Shown: positions 40,959-55,180 of the stretch, in pieces
How positions within the stretch are numbered: position 1 is the first letter of the stretch
Layout of the letters: each line of letters starts with the position of its first letter
Assembly (NCBI RefSeq): GCF_009914755.1
Contig: NC_060928.1
Direction: 5' to 3' (one strand)
Length of the DNA: 64,000 nucleotides
DNA from: the human T2T-CHM13v2.0 reference genome, Homo sapiens
The notes under the pieces: model-generated
Database searches by the model: none
Told to the model about the DNA's origin: nothing
Seen by the model: only the letters and a program-made list of their open reading frames with translations
Translations under genes and position numbers: made by a program

Positions 40959-41256
40959 TGCTGTTCTCCTTTTAATGCACCCAAGTCCTGGGGAACCCGA
41001 CTGGGGATCAGAGCTGTGAGCTGGGGGAGGGCCCGTTGTTTTGACCCTAAGACCTAGCCTGACTTGAGAAGTTTCAGGATGTGGAATTTCATCAGGCTCA
41101 AGGAATCCTTTCAAGGAGCATTCTGACAATAGAACCATATAAAATCCACTCTTCTTTTTGTCAATTATTTTGAAACTGTTCCAGTAATTAAGATTGAGCT
41201 AGAAAATATGAACTACATTTTTACAAATATTCAGACCTTCAAAACAGGCTTTAAAA

Positions 41257-41553
41257 GGCCGGGTGCAGTGGTTCACGCCCGTAATCCCAGCACTTTGGGA
41301 GGCCAAGGCGGCAGATTGCTTGAGCCCAGGAGTTCGAGACCAGCCTGGGCAACATGGTGAAACCCCTTCTCTCTCTAAAAATAAAAAAATAAAAATAAAG
41401 AAATCAGCCGGGCATGGCAGCATGGGCCTGTAGTCCCAGCTACTTGGGAGGCTGAGGTGGGAGGATGGCTTGAGCCTGAAAAGCAGATGTTGCAGTGAGC
41501 TGCGATCACACACTCCAGCCTGGGTGACAGAGCAAGACTCTGTCTAAAAAAAA
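41257..41553 (+). mobile_element. AluJb-like
   Basis: gattgcttgagcccaggagttcgagaccagcctgggcaac; ggctgaggtgggaggat. Confidence 0.93.
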
Positions 41554-41789
41554 GCCCACAAGCTGGCTTTAAAGTGAACTAATAATGATGTCTATGTTAT
41601 GATTCTATATGATATTTGAATATGTTCACCCTTTTCTCTTTTAATATTGTTTCAACTACTGATTTACTTTAGCAAACACTTTCTTCATTAAAAGTGCAAA
41701 GGTAAACTTAAACCATCCAAATAATCAGCCAAATCAGTCGAATCTACATGAAATATACAACAATCTAAATGCTTAAAATAGATAAGTAC

Positions 41790-42030
41790 AGTAGTGGAGG
41801 GCGTAATGTGTTACTGGGCTTTTGACATCAAGGACGTCTGTGTTCGAATCCTGACTTTGTCAGTTGTTAGTACCAGTTGTATTGACTTAGATAAATCATT
41901 TCACCTTTCCAAGTCTCAGTGTTTTCTTTTATAAAAACTATGGTTGTCAGGAGGATTTTGTGAGATAATTATATATGAAAGAACCTACTAGGATGTATTC
42001 TTTAGTAAACATTCAGTATTTGGCTCTCTA
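41790..42030 (+). mobile_element. MIR
   Basis: gttcgaatcctgactttg...aagtctcagtgttttc...aggattttgtgagataa. Confidence 0.7.
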
Positions 42031-42042
42031 TTTGGCAACTGA

Positions 42043-42567
<525 letters not shown>

Positions 42568-44227
42568 TAAGTACATTAAAAAGAATACATGGTCACTTTG
42601 CCCAGTTAACCAGAGAATGGTGCCATTAAGTTAAAAAATGCATATACATGTATAGGCATGATCCTCATATAGATTAGTTTTGTTAGCTGCACAGTCACAG
42701 ATCAAATCCTGAGTTATTACCCTTCTTACAGAAGGGTGTGTCGCTTGTTCATGGTGGGGACAAGGTTGTCAGTGAGGATAGCTTGATAGTAATAAACTAT
42801 TACTACCATTGGAAGAACATTTCAAAATACAATATTATGCATCCTACTTAGGTTATTTTCACTTCATATGGTAATAGTCCATTAATTTACCCTAATAATA
42901 TTTAGTAGATTTTGACATCTACTAGAACATAAGGTTGAAGTGAAAAGCATGTTTTAGTTTGTGCATTTTAAAACAATTTTCTACGAAAGAAAACCAAAAT
43001 TACCTTCCATAGCTTTCTTATTTAAATTGGACTTAATATTTCTATTGTTTTTAAGATTCAACTCTTGGAATCTTCTACATTTCTTTGCCTAAGTAATAGG
43101 GGATGGTTTATGTTTTTTGCCATTCATAATTTTTCTTAAACCTTCATACCCACATTTAGCCATATGCGCTTTAAGACACACAGTGAAGATGAAATTTAAT
43201 ACACATCAAACTTCTGTGCAGACTTGGTGAGAAACAGATATTTTGCAGCCTGCTTTCACTCTGTGAGTCATTAAGGAGTGGGTTGATAAACTTGCATTGC
43301 AACCTTGCTTATAGAAGATTGTGCCTATTGTAAGATACTCCCTATAAAGCCAAAAGATAAAAAAATGCTAAGGGTACTGACAATTGTTTATAAAATACAG
43401 TCATAAAGACATCCCGCTCCAGAGAGTTCTCTGATTAAACTTCACAATAACTGTAATTTCTCTGCCTGAATCACTTTGTTAAATTTTGTCTTGGCTTCTG
43501 GAGACAGGGTAGGGAGACAGATTAAATTTCAATACCTTATGCTATTCATTGGGCTTGGGAGAGTTTCTTCAGCATAAATGATAATAAAGATAGATTAGTG
43601 ATTCTGGTTTATCCTCTAATCTTAGCATAGACATTTTCTGTAGATTAGAAGTCATTTCATTTATGAACCAAATAAGGCTTCTGATATAAAAAGAAAAATG
43701 AATCTTACTCAGTTCCCTAAGGCTTAGAAAAGATTGCTGGAATTTAGGAGTTGGGTAAATGGTTTTACTTTAGCTACTAATCCAATTGAAAAAACGTGAG
43801 ACGATTTTCTGAAAAGCTAAAAAGCTCTTATAGTAAATTTGAGAGGATTTTTAAATTATGGAGAACAAGATAGTATTGCCCTTACCTAAAATTCTCCCTC
43901 AATATTTTGTTTGCTTTGGAAACAGCATCCAAGCAGGGCCACTGAGAAGGGTGTGTGGGGGTGGGTGTTTTATTGACAGTTGTTTGAAGGAAATTATGCA
44001 CAGGTACCTAAAAAGAGCAACTCAGGCAAGTTTCCCAGCCACTTAGATTTCCTGTTTCTTTAAGTTAAGCATTGCTATTCACATTGTGTTGACTGTAGAA
44101 GGATTGATAGTGTCCAGTACAAATAATAATAGTAAAATAGAATTTCTGCTTAGAGTTTGTGGTAAATATCAAAATATCTTAGTGATAAGCACATGTATTC
44201 TTTTAAATTTTGTCAGTTGCCCAGTGC

Positions 44228-44372
44228 TTCCATTCATTCATCACTTGTTTATTTTATTCAACCAGCATTTATTGACCCCCTGCTGGTTCTGGGTTTCCTC
44301 TCATACTGTGCTAGATGCCTGGTATGCAAAGATAAATGAGTCATGGTCTCTCCCCTCAAGCAGTCACCAACT
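44228..44372 (-). mobile_element. L2 3' end
   Basis: cattcattca...gcatttattga...tgtgctagatgc...catggtctctcccctcaagcag. Confidence 0.7.
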
Positions 44373-44399
44373 ACTAAATTCTTGGTCATTTTAGTTGTT

Positions 44400-45922
44400 T
44401 TCTTTTTTCTTAAAAAAATTTTTTTTTTCAACAGGTTTTTGGGTACAAGTGGTGTTTGTTTACATGAATAAGTTCTTTAGTGGTGATTTCCAAGATTTTG
44501 GTGCACCTATCATCTGAGCAATGTCACTGTAGCCAATGTGTAGTCTTTTATCCCTCTCCTCCCTCCCAGTCTTTCCCGAGTCCCCAAAGTCCATTATATC
44601 ATTCTTATGCCTTTGTGTCCTCTTAGCTTAGCTCTCACTTATGAGTGAGAGCATATGATGTTTGGCTTTCCATTCCTGAGTTACTTCACTTACTTACCCT
44701 CCAGTTGCATCCAGGTTGCTGCAAATGCCATTATTTCATTCCTTTTTATGTCTGAGTAGTGTTCCATGGTGTGTGTGTGTGTGTGTATACATACACATAC
44801 ATACCACGGTTTCTTTATCCACTCGTTGATTGATGGGCATTTGGGCTGGTTCCATGTTTTTGCAATTGCGAATTGTGCTGCTATAAATATGTGTGCAGGT
44901 ATCTTTTTCTATAATGACTTCTTTTCCTCTGGGTACATACCCAGGTGTGGGATTGCTGGATCAAATGGTAGTTCTACTTTTAGTTCTTTAAGGAATCTCC
45001 ACACTGTTTTCCACAGTGGTTGTACTAGTTTACATTCCCACCAACAGAGTAAAAGTGTTCCCTTTTCACCACATCCATGCCAATATCTATTATTGTTTGA
45101 TTTTTTTGATTACGGTAATTCTTGCAGGAATAAGGTGGTATCACATTGTGGTTTTGATTTGCATTTCCCTCATAATTAGTGATATTGAGCATTTTTTCAT
45201 TTTTTTTGGCCATTTGTGTATCTTCTTTTGAGAATTGTCTGTTCGTTTCCTTAGCCTACTTTTTAATGGGATTGTTTGTTTTTTTCTTGCTGATTTGTGT
45301 GAGTTCCTTGTAGATTCTGGATATTAGTCCTTTGTTGGATGTATAGATTGTGAAGATTTTCTCCCACTCTGTGGGTTGTCTGTTTACTCTGCTAATTATT
45401 TCTTTTGCTGTGCAGAAGCTTTTTAGTTCAATTAAGTCCTGTGTATTTATCTTTGTTTTTGTTGCATTTGCTTTTGGGTCCTTAGTCATGAAGTCTTTGC
45501 CTAACAAAGCTATTGTCTAGAAAGTTTTCCCAGGGTTATCTTCTAGAATTTTTGTGGTTTTGGATCTTAGATTTAAGTCTTTGATCTATCTTGAGTTGAT
45601 TTTTGTATAAGGTGAGAGATGAGGAACCAGCTTCATTCTTTTACATGTGATTTGCCATTTAGCACCATTTGTTGAATACAGTGTCCTTTCCCCACTTTAT
45701 GTTTTTGTTTGCTTTGTTGAAGATCAGTTGACTGTAAGTATTTGGCTTTATTTCTGGGTTTTCTATTCTGTTCTGTTGTTCTATATGCCTATTTTTATAC
45801 CAGTACCATTGCTGTTTTGGTGACTGTGATCTCATGGTATAGTTTGAAGTTGGGAAATGTAATACCTCCAGATTTGTTCTTTTGCTTAGTCTTGCATTGG
45901 CTATGCGAGCTCTTTTTTGGTT
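44400..45922 (-). mobile_element. L1PB (PB1-like), 5'-truncated, about 1.5 kb
   Basis: 3'UTR tacatgaataagttctttagtggtgattt; ORF2 remnant [14 protein letters not shown]...[10 protein letters not shown]. Confidence 0.92.
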
Positions 45923-45929
45923 TTATTTC

Positions 45930-46736
45930 TTTTTTTTAAAAAATTATTATTATACTTTAAGTTTTAGGGTACATGTGCACAATGTGCAGGTTAGTTACAT
46001 ACGTATACATGTGACATGCTGGTGCGCTGCACCCATTAACTCGTCATCTAGCATTAGGTATATCTTCCAGTGCTATCCCTCCCCCCTCCCCCCACCCCAC
46101 AACAGTCCCCAGAGTGTGATGTTCCCCTTCCTGTGTCCACGTGTTCTCATTGTTCAGTTCCCACCTATGAGTGAGAATATGCGGTGTTTGGTTTCTTGTT
46201 CTTGCGATGGTTTACTGAGAATGATAATTTCCAACTTCATCCATGTCCCTACAAAGGACGTGAACTCATCATTTTTTATGGCTGCATAGTACTCCATGGT
46301 GTATATGTGCTACATTTTCTTAATCCAGTCTATAATTGTTGGACATTTGGGTTGGTTCCAAGTCTTTGCTATTGTGGATAGTGCCGCAATAAACATACGT
46401 GTGCATGTGTCTTTATAGCAGCATGATTTATAGTCCTTTGGGTATATACCCAGTAATGGGATGGCTGGGTCAAATGGTATTTCTAGTTCTAGATCCCTGA
46501 GGAATCGCCACACTGACTTCCACAATGGTTGAACTAGTTTACAGTCCCACCAACAGTGTAAAAGTGTTCCTATTTCTCCACATCCTCTCCAGCACCTGTT
46601 GTTTCCTGACTTTTTAATGATCGCCATTCTAACTGGTGTGAGATGATATCTCATTGTGGTTTTGATTTGCATTTCTCTGATGGCCAGTGATGGTGAGCAT
46701 TTTTTCATTTGTTTCTTGGCTGCATAAATGTCTTCT
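45930..46736 (-). mobile_element. Young L1PA (PA2/PA3-like), 5'-truncated, about 0.8 kb
   Basis: ORF2 C-terminus [20 protein letters not shown] with premature stop; 3'UTR ctcgtcatctagcattagg. Confidence 0.93.
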
Positions 46737-47699
46737 ATTATTTCAGGAGATCTACTAGATGCTGGAGTTACAGCAGAAGAAAGACAGGAAGAGTTTCTTC
46801 CCTTATGGAGTTATTCTCTAGCCTAGGAATAAAAGTCAACATGAATAAAATGGAGAAGCAATCAATGCTGAGCTGAATTTTTCAAATAGAGTAGAGCTAT
46901 TAATCATATTAGGTCAGAGATGTAATTCTTTGGTGAGAGACTAATAAATGAAATAAAATTATAGGTCTTTTTGAGACTAATTGAAATTATGGAACAACCG
47001 ATAGAATAAAACTACATTCTAAAATTGTAGTTTCCAGATTCAGACTTAGAACATTCCTTAATTAACTTAGCATTTGATTTATAGAGAACTTTAATATTTC
47101 AATAGTATTATCTATCAAATAGTTAATGAACTATTTTAACTTTCTTTGAGAAAGTTAGAAGGCAGATATCTCCAGTTTTAACATTCGGCTCTGACTCAAA
47201 TTTTGGTTAAGTTTTGCTGTCACATCTAGACTTTATTACATAAACAAAGATTTAAATTAATTACAGTTACTTCAATGGGATATATAATTCAGATTTATTC
47301 AACTTTCCCCATTCTTTAATTACTACTGGTCAGAGATTGTTCTTGTGAGAGATACACTATTTTAGCATGACTCAGAAACCTTAGTAACAAAGTGAACATT
47401 TTAAAAGCATACAAAATACAAGCCCGAATTCGATTCAGAAGGCATAAAATTAAGCTATTGGATGCTGTAGTTTCTCAGTGCTGGTGTGACTCTCTGCCCC
47501 TGCCTCATGATAGAACTAGGAACCATAACAGTTCACTGAGTCATGCTAGGCCATGGTATCAGCGCGTGCTTGGCAGACCCTCAGTAAACCTTTGTGTGAG
47601 TGGGGGCATTTGTTGCACAGTGATGATCTCAACATTACTTTAATAATCTATACCACATATTTATGCTTGGTATTGGTTTGTTTTAAAATGCAATTTTTA

Positions 47700-47933
47700 A
47701 TTTAATTTTATTATTATTATTTTTTGAGATGGAGTCTCGCTCTGACCCCCAGGCTGGAGTGCAATGACGTGATGTCGGCTCACTGCAACCTCTACCTCTT
47801 GGGTTCTAGGATTCTCCTGCCTCAGTCTCCTGAGTAGCTAGGATTACAGGTGTCCACCACCATGTCCGACTAATTGTTGTATTTTTAGTAGAGGCAGGGT
47901 TTTGCCATGTTGGCCAGGCTGGTCTTGAACTCC
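47700..47933 (-). mobile_element. AluS, 5'-truncated by about 65 bp
   Basis: (TTA)-type tail; Alu ends at gaactcc. Confidence 0.9.
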
Positions 47934-48054
47934 AAAATCAGCTATTCTTTAAAAATTATGCATTTGAAACAATGAAGATTTAGCCATTCTAAACACTTCT
48001 TTAGAAACTTTATGCCTGCCCTTCCTTAATCGATTACATTTAGATGGAACTTTT

Positions 48055-48260
48055 GTATAAAGTGTTCTCCTACACATGATCTCATTTGATCTTCTTGACA
48101 GTTCTGTGACTGATATTGGACACTTATTATTATCCCCATTTTATCAATGAGTTAATTGCTATTTACCTGCGATTATATAGCTAATTAATGGAAGGCATTG
48201 GCTGTACAATGGGATTTGTGACTCCCACTTTACAGCTGAGCTCAATTCTTTCTACCATTG
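48055..48260 (-). mobile_element. MIR
   Basis: atctcatttgatcttcttgaca...ttattatccccatttta. Confidence 0.65.
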
Positions 48261-48269
48261 ACCTGCAAC

Positions 48270-48391
48270 GATGTTTTAAATAAAATGACTACTAAGGTTA
48301 GATGTTTTAAATAAAATGACTATTAAGGTTAGATGTTTTAAATAAAATGACTACTAAGGTTAGACTGCTAAGGTTAGAGGTTAGACTGCTA
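48270..48391. repeat. 31-bp minisatellite x3 plus shorter derived units
   Basis: gatgttttaaataaaatgacta(c/t)taaggtta at 48270, 48301, 48332. Confidence 0.95.
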
Positions 48392-49104
48392 GTTTCTGCC
48401 AATGGATCATTTTTGCCAATAATAGGATAATTTTTTTTCACAATAAGAATCCTAAAAAAAAATTTCATCCTAGCCTCAGCACTTCTCTACATTAATTCTA
48501 GGAAACACTTGTACTTAGATGGAGCTTCCTAAGGACCAGCAATCTTTTTAACAAAAGATGAGCCCTTCAAAAGCTGCCTGATAAGTGAGTGCAAGAATTA
48601 TAACCATTGATACACACTGTAGTCATCAAAAAGTCAGATCACACAGTCTATTCTGCATAGGACTCCATTCATTGCCTTTTAAATGCAATAAACTTCCCCT
48701 CCCTTTTTCACACCATATCCTGCCTTTTTCTAACCTATATTAATGATTCAATACATATGGTGAATAAATTAAGTGATAGAGTTTTTTTAATTAGCAAGAT
48801 TTTTATATAGCAAGATATAACCTGAGTTATACCTGTATTTCACTTTGATCTAAGAGAAGCAAATCATACTAGCTCTTATATAAAAACTCTGTAATGGTAG
48901 CATAACTATTCAGTAATAATAATGTTACTAAATGAAAAAGAACTGCACAATGCATTTTGTTATGCATATTTTCTTTAGGAATTCCTTCACTCTTGGAATA
49001 AACTTAACTCTTTTCCATAAATGAGACCCCCACCCCCCGCAGTCCAAAATTTGTCAAGCTGAATGATCACTAAAATCACCTAAAGAACATTTTTAATGTT
49101 ATTT

Positions 49105-50140
49105 TTCTCAAGCTTTTTATAACTAAAATTTTCTTCCCATATACAAAAAGCTGAAAGACTAGTACAATGAACATTCATACAAGTACCTCCTAAATTCAAT
49201 AGCTGTTAATATTTTAACAAATTTGGTTTCTCTCTCTGCCTTTCTCTCCCTCTGTGTGTATATACATAGACCTATCTGTATAAGTCTTGGCTTGATTTGA
49301 GTTTAGGTAAAACATTATTGATAAAAATACTTCTTCATTGATGTGTGTACTTCATATTGCATTACATCAGGTGGCAAATGACGTCAGGTTGTTTCATCGC
49401 TGGTAATTGTATTTAATCATTTGTTCATGGTGGTAAGTAGCAGATCTCTTTTTTTTTGTAAATAACAAACGTGTCTGGATGGTAGTTTGGTACTATGTGA
49501 ATATCCTGTTGCTAACATTTCACCTAAAGGAAACCATCCTTTTGTCCCTACCAGAATCTATTGTTCCATCAGACTCTGTTGTTACATCTACATTGATTAG
49601 CTGGCCTTCTTCTGTAAAGGTGAGCATTTCTTTATCAACTGTGGGTCGACTACAGTTTCTTCTAAAAAGTTAGGGTAATTTGTAATCCTTCCCCTTTACC
49701 ACGTTTCGAGTAGATCTCACCATATCGAATTTTTCCCATTATTTTTTCAGGGCTACTTTTCTTTCTGACACAACTAAATTTGCTCACCTTCCAATTTCCT
49801 GCCTCAGACCCCAAATCAACCATTTCTTCAAGGAACCTCAGTTCTTTTTAGTGAAGGATGGTATGTATAAATCAAGCTCTAAGTGTTAGGCATACCTATT
49901 GTACTTGTATCTTTGCTTCTAGACCTTTTCAGTGGACAGTGCAAGGAAATATGTGTATTTCTCTTAATCATGAGTTCATGTTAGTATTTGTAATTTAAAT
50001 TTAACATTAATTTTAAAAATTATATTTGTATATCACACTTAAAACTTGCAATATATTTATTTGATTCATATATACATATATAGTTTTGAATTACAATAAA
50101 ATTCTGAACGAAGTTTAAGATTTCTTTGCAATTCTTTCTG
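49105..50140 (-). mobile_element. Old L1M (ME/MC-type) 3' fragments
   Basis: catatacaaaaagctgaaagactagtacaatgaaca; aatcaaccatttcttcaaggaacc...ttttagtg. Confidence 0.55.
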
Positions 50141-50171
50141 TCCCTGGGGAGTTTTTAAAAATGCAAATATT

Positions 50172-50526
<355 letters not shown>

Positions 50527-50954
50527 TTAGAATCCTGGAGATAGAATTTTGTCAGATTGTAGGTTTGTATTTTTAAAATAACAAATCCATGATCTCCTGC
50601 CCTAGTCAGCCTCAGGACTGCTGGAATATGTGAAATCTGTTTTACTTTGGGTCATATCTCTCAATCCTCCCTCCCCTCTTTTTTCCTTCTTAGACATTTT
50701 TATAATTTTGTTATAATGTAATTACAGAATTACTGGGCACAGGGAGAAATGTTTAAGGAAATGGGAAAAGGGTTGACTGGGAAGTAAAAAGAAAAATCAA
50801 GAATTTGCAGGAAGATGGTATAGGGAGCTTAGAAGCTACTGGCATGAACAGTAACTTTTCATAGGCTATCATTATCCTCAATATCTTCCTTACAGTTCTT
50901 CAGAAGATTTTAAACAGTAATCCTGTTTTTTAAAACAGGATTTAAAACATTATT

Positions 50955-51130
50955 TAATAATGGCCTAGCATTTATTGCATATTTAGCATTGCCAGGCACT
51001 CAAAGTATTTTATGTAGTGCCTCATTTAATCCTTGCAGGAACCTTATTGTGCTCACATATTAATATTCCAATTTTGTAAATGAGGAAACTGACTTAAATA
51101 TATGTACTCTGCTTAATGAGCTACTTTCTA
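50955..51130 (-). mobile_element. MIR fragment
   Basis: gcatttattg...gccaggcact...ctcatttaatcct...aaatgaggaaactga. Confidence 0.7.
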
Positions 51131-51154
51131 AGGAAAACACAAGTTTTATCTTTG

Positions 51155-51585
51155 CCACAGGTTGGGTTACCCAGGAAGCGCACTCTGAGATTGAGATTTG
51201 GATGCCTTATGTTGTTAGAGATACCTGACAGATCTAACAGAATTGATCTCTGGGGATCAATACCTTTGGAAGGGAGGAGATGCAACCACAACCACTCAGT
51301 GAAGCTGAGCTATGAAGTGGTTCTCTACCAAGTCCTGAACCAACCCCACAGAGAGCTCTGGAGCTAGGGTAGTTGTTCAAAGTCCTTCCAATTTGGAGCA
51401 AGAGGACTGGCCTTTTTACCTCTGCATTGACCCATCGCTGTGTGCAGACTGCCCCTGGAAGGAGGCTTGATCTTGGATGGGGACCCTCTTCTGCTGGCAC
51501 TCTCTGCAGCCAGGGGAATAAGTTTTTTAATCCTGAAAGGGCTTCTGGGGTAGAACTGATCGCTGATCACAGTGTCCACCACATC
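51155..51585. mobile_element. LTR16-like ERVL solo LTR
   Basis: caggttgggttacccaggaagcgcactctgagattgagatt. Confidence 0.6.
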
Positions 51586-52737
51586 TCCAGTAAATTTGCT
51601 ATAATTTCTTCAAAACAAATTTTCTTGATAAAGACTTTTTCCCTATTGGCTATTCTTTTCTTATTTTTCCCATTGAAGAATATATATATTTAGAGGCATT
51701 TGCTCTTATGTCATTCACCATAAACTCAAAGTCTTTTTTAACCCAGTTGTACCAGCTTTTAACTCCGTGCCTTATATTACATCGGATAAACCAAAATATT
51801 TTTATGCAGTAACTTGCTGTTTTTTTTAAACATCAGGCGTTTAGCATCTCCAGTCCTCAACATTTTACTCTGCTTGTCTTTACAGCCATTCTTGAGAAGG
51901 TTCTCAAAGAGGTCAATGCAAGAGAAAGTCTTCATATTAATCCATGCTTAGGATCTCCTCAATTTCAACCCCTTCTTTGTTAAAGCGTCCTCTTTGACAC
52001 TCAGCATACATCCTTCATCCCGTGATTTTCTGGTGGAGAAAATTACTCACTCTCAGCTTGCTGGCTGACTGTCCCAACTGTCTGTCTTCTGTGTGAACTT
52101 GGAGGCAGAAGGGCTGTGTGTGCTATCACTCCCTGGTGTAGAGAAACACGTCCACCTCCTCCTGCCTCTGGTGTACCTGGTCCCTTGTATATGGGATTAT
52201 GTGCTCTCAGCATAAGAAATGCCTGATTTTTCCATTTAAATGAGGTGAGGCTATGTTACAAATGCACTATTTGTTCTCTTCTTCCTTTGGGAGTATTTCT
52301 GGTCTTCATTTTTATTGGAAGACCTCGAAATACTTTAAATATGTTTGTTCTATAGTTTTTAAAAAATAAATCATTTCTGAGTATGTTGAAACTCAGTACC
52401 CAGCAACATAATTTTCTTTGGTTAATAATTTTTCTAAACTGGAAATGAAATGCCTTAAAATTATGCATTTGTCAAATATGCTTTAATATGTGGTTAAAAG
52501 CCAATCTAATAAGGAAAAATAACCTAAAAATTAGTCCAACCATTCCTTTTAATTCCTTGCTTCCAATTTACCATGTATATCTACCACTTTGGAGAGAAAA
52601 ACTGTTAATTTAACCTTAATTTTTAATTTAATTTAAAAATTTTAAAATGTAACTCCATTTAAAGAAGTATCTTGAGGAAGATTGAACCTGGGAGCAGGTA
52701 AGTAGGAGAGATCACTAAAGAGCAAAGTGTAAGGTAG

Positions 52738-53065
<328 letters not shown>

Positions 53066-53569
53066 TCCTTCTTTTTTATAAGGATGTGTGCCTCTTCACA
53101 TAGAGTGCTGTGTAGGACTTGAACTTCTATCTCATGAATGTCTCATGTTGGCGGAGGTCATGCAGCATGATTCTCATTGCTTTTAAGTGATGGATAATTG
53201 AGTGATTAATAATTGATTTCACTGCATTCTGTGTTTTTTGCACCTTTTAAAAAAAATCGCTTAAGCTAGGGTTTTTGTTTCTGTTTTTTAAATGCTACCC
53301 CAAGTTTGGTTGTGTTCTCAAGTGAAAAATATTGCTAGCTATGCCGTGTGTGAACTTTCAGCCTAGTCATTTTGTGGCCATAAATATTGTTTCTATGAGC
53401 CTCTTTTCAGCTGTGCTAGTCATGTGTTTTCTGTTTGTTCCTTAAATTATGTAAAATGACCCCTTTGGCAGCCAACAAATTTTATAGCTTACTATGATAA
53501 AGAGCTTCCTTATGGAAAAAATATTCAAGTTATATAAAATGTTTTCTAGCAGGTCAATTTTTTTCTGAA

Positions 53570-54140
53570 TAAATAGTTTTAAAAACAAATTTAACAGGAA
53601 GCTTAACAATTTTTTGAAAATTTGTACAAGCAGTGCTCAATGTAGGTAATAAGGAAAACCAAGAGATGAGAAAAATTAACACCCAAAAGCTCATCACCAG
53701 AGAAAACTGCTTTTACTCTCTCTTCTTCTAGTCATTTCTATGCCCCATTATTATTTTTGCATATTTGAGGTGATGTGGTGTAAACAGTATGTATATTCAA
53801 TGTGTATATTCTACTTCTTCAAACTAATATTATATATAAAGATTTTCTACAAAAATTATTTTTTGAACGTTTTATAATTATATACTATTCAGTTGTGTTA
53901 AGTTCAGTTAGCATAATTTTTCTAACTGTTCTCATTAAGGGCATTTTGTTTGTTTCTAGTAGATTGGCTAGTATACAGGCTGCAGTGAGCATTTCTGCAT
54001 AATGTCTCTTCTGTAATTAGAATTGTGTCCCTAGAATATATTCACAGGTCTGAAATTTTGCAGTCAGGAGGAATGAATGCTTTTAAAGATTTTGATACTC
54101 ACAGCCAGATGGCTTTACAAAAAAAACTCTACCAACATTA
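53570..54140 (-). mobile_element. Very old L1ME fragment
   Basis: ggctgcagtgagcatt...ccctagaatatattcacaggtctgaaatt...gattttgatac...gccagatggcttt. Confidence 0.5.
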
Positions 54141-54949
54141 AATTGTTTTTACTTTTTTTCCCCGCCTAGGAGGGTCTAAGATCTTTGTGACCCTAAAAAG
54201 GTTAAGAGCCACTGGTATGTTTATGAAAAACAGATTTTATGCTTCTTGAGGTCATCACTGCCTTTTAACTTCCAGGAACCCTACCAGTAAGCATACCCTG
54301 AAGTAGATGTGCAAGAAATTTGTTGAAAATAATGATCTTAGTGAGATCTGCATGTGACCAAAATTGAGGATGCCTTTCAGGAATACTAACATGCCTTAGG
54401 CAGTGGAAAGGGTGGCCAACTCCTCTTTGGTGTCAATTTGAAAACCTTATTTTATTTACTTCATATTGTCAGTGGCAGACAACAGATTTTTGAAGACCAT
54501 TTTGTGTTTTTGCAAAATCACAATAGCAAGCACGGTAGCTCAGTTTAATGGTCCTATGTGCCAAAGTGACTAGCTGAAAATAAAGTATTTCATTTTTATC
54601 TGTAGCAGTCAAGTCACATGAGATGAGTATATCATTTCCTGCATATTACAATTTATTACATCTTAATATTCACCTACCCTAGTGGGCGTCATAGTAAGTT
54701 TTTACTTCTATTACAGTAGCCTTTCCTGAGCTGCTTTATTATGAATTCTAGTTAGTAGTATTTTATTGGTTTGAAAATAAAGGAAATTTTTATTGAAATA
54801 AATGTATTGAAATTAACAGTGATTCTAAGGAATATATTTGTTTTAGCATTTAAATAGTCTACAAAGATAACTATCAATTTATTTAGCTAGAAGTTCCCTA
54901 GAAATTCTAGTTAAGGATATGAAAAGCATGGATGCCTCCCTCGACCTAG

Positions 54950-55180
54950 AGAGAGTATAATAGTTAAGAACATGGAATCTGTAGCCAGAGACCTTGGATT
55001 TGAATCCTACCTTTACTGCCTCCTTGGAGCACGGCTTTTATCAAGTTACTTAAACTCTGTGCCTCTGATTTCTTAACTGTAAAATGGGGTAATAGTGGTA
55101 TCTAGCTCAAAGAGTTGTTGCAGGAATTAAAAGAGATACGTATGATGCAGGCAGAATCATGCTTGTTTCATTGTATGGGT
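54950..55180 (+). mobile_element. MIR
   Basis: tagttaagaacatggaatctgtagccaga...aagttacttaaactctgtgcctc...ctgtaaaatggggtaata. Confidence 0.82.

Noticed and set aside
46310-46708. Clean 132-aa ORF with Cys-rich motif
   Set aside because: L1 ORF2 C-terminal fragment in a 5'-truncated copy with a premature stop; not a gene
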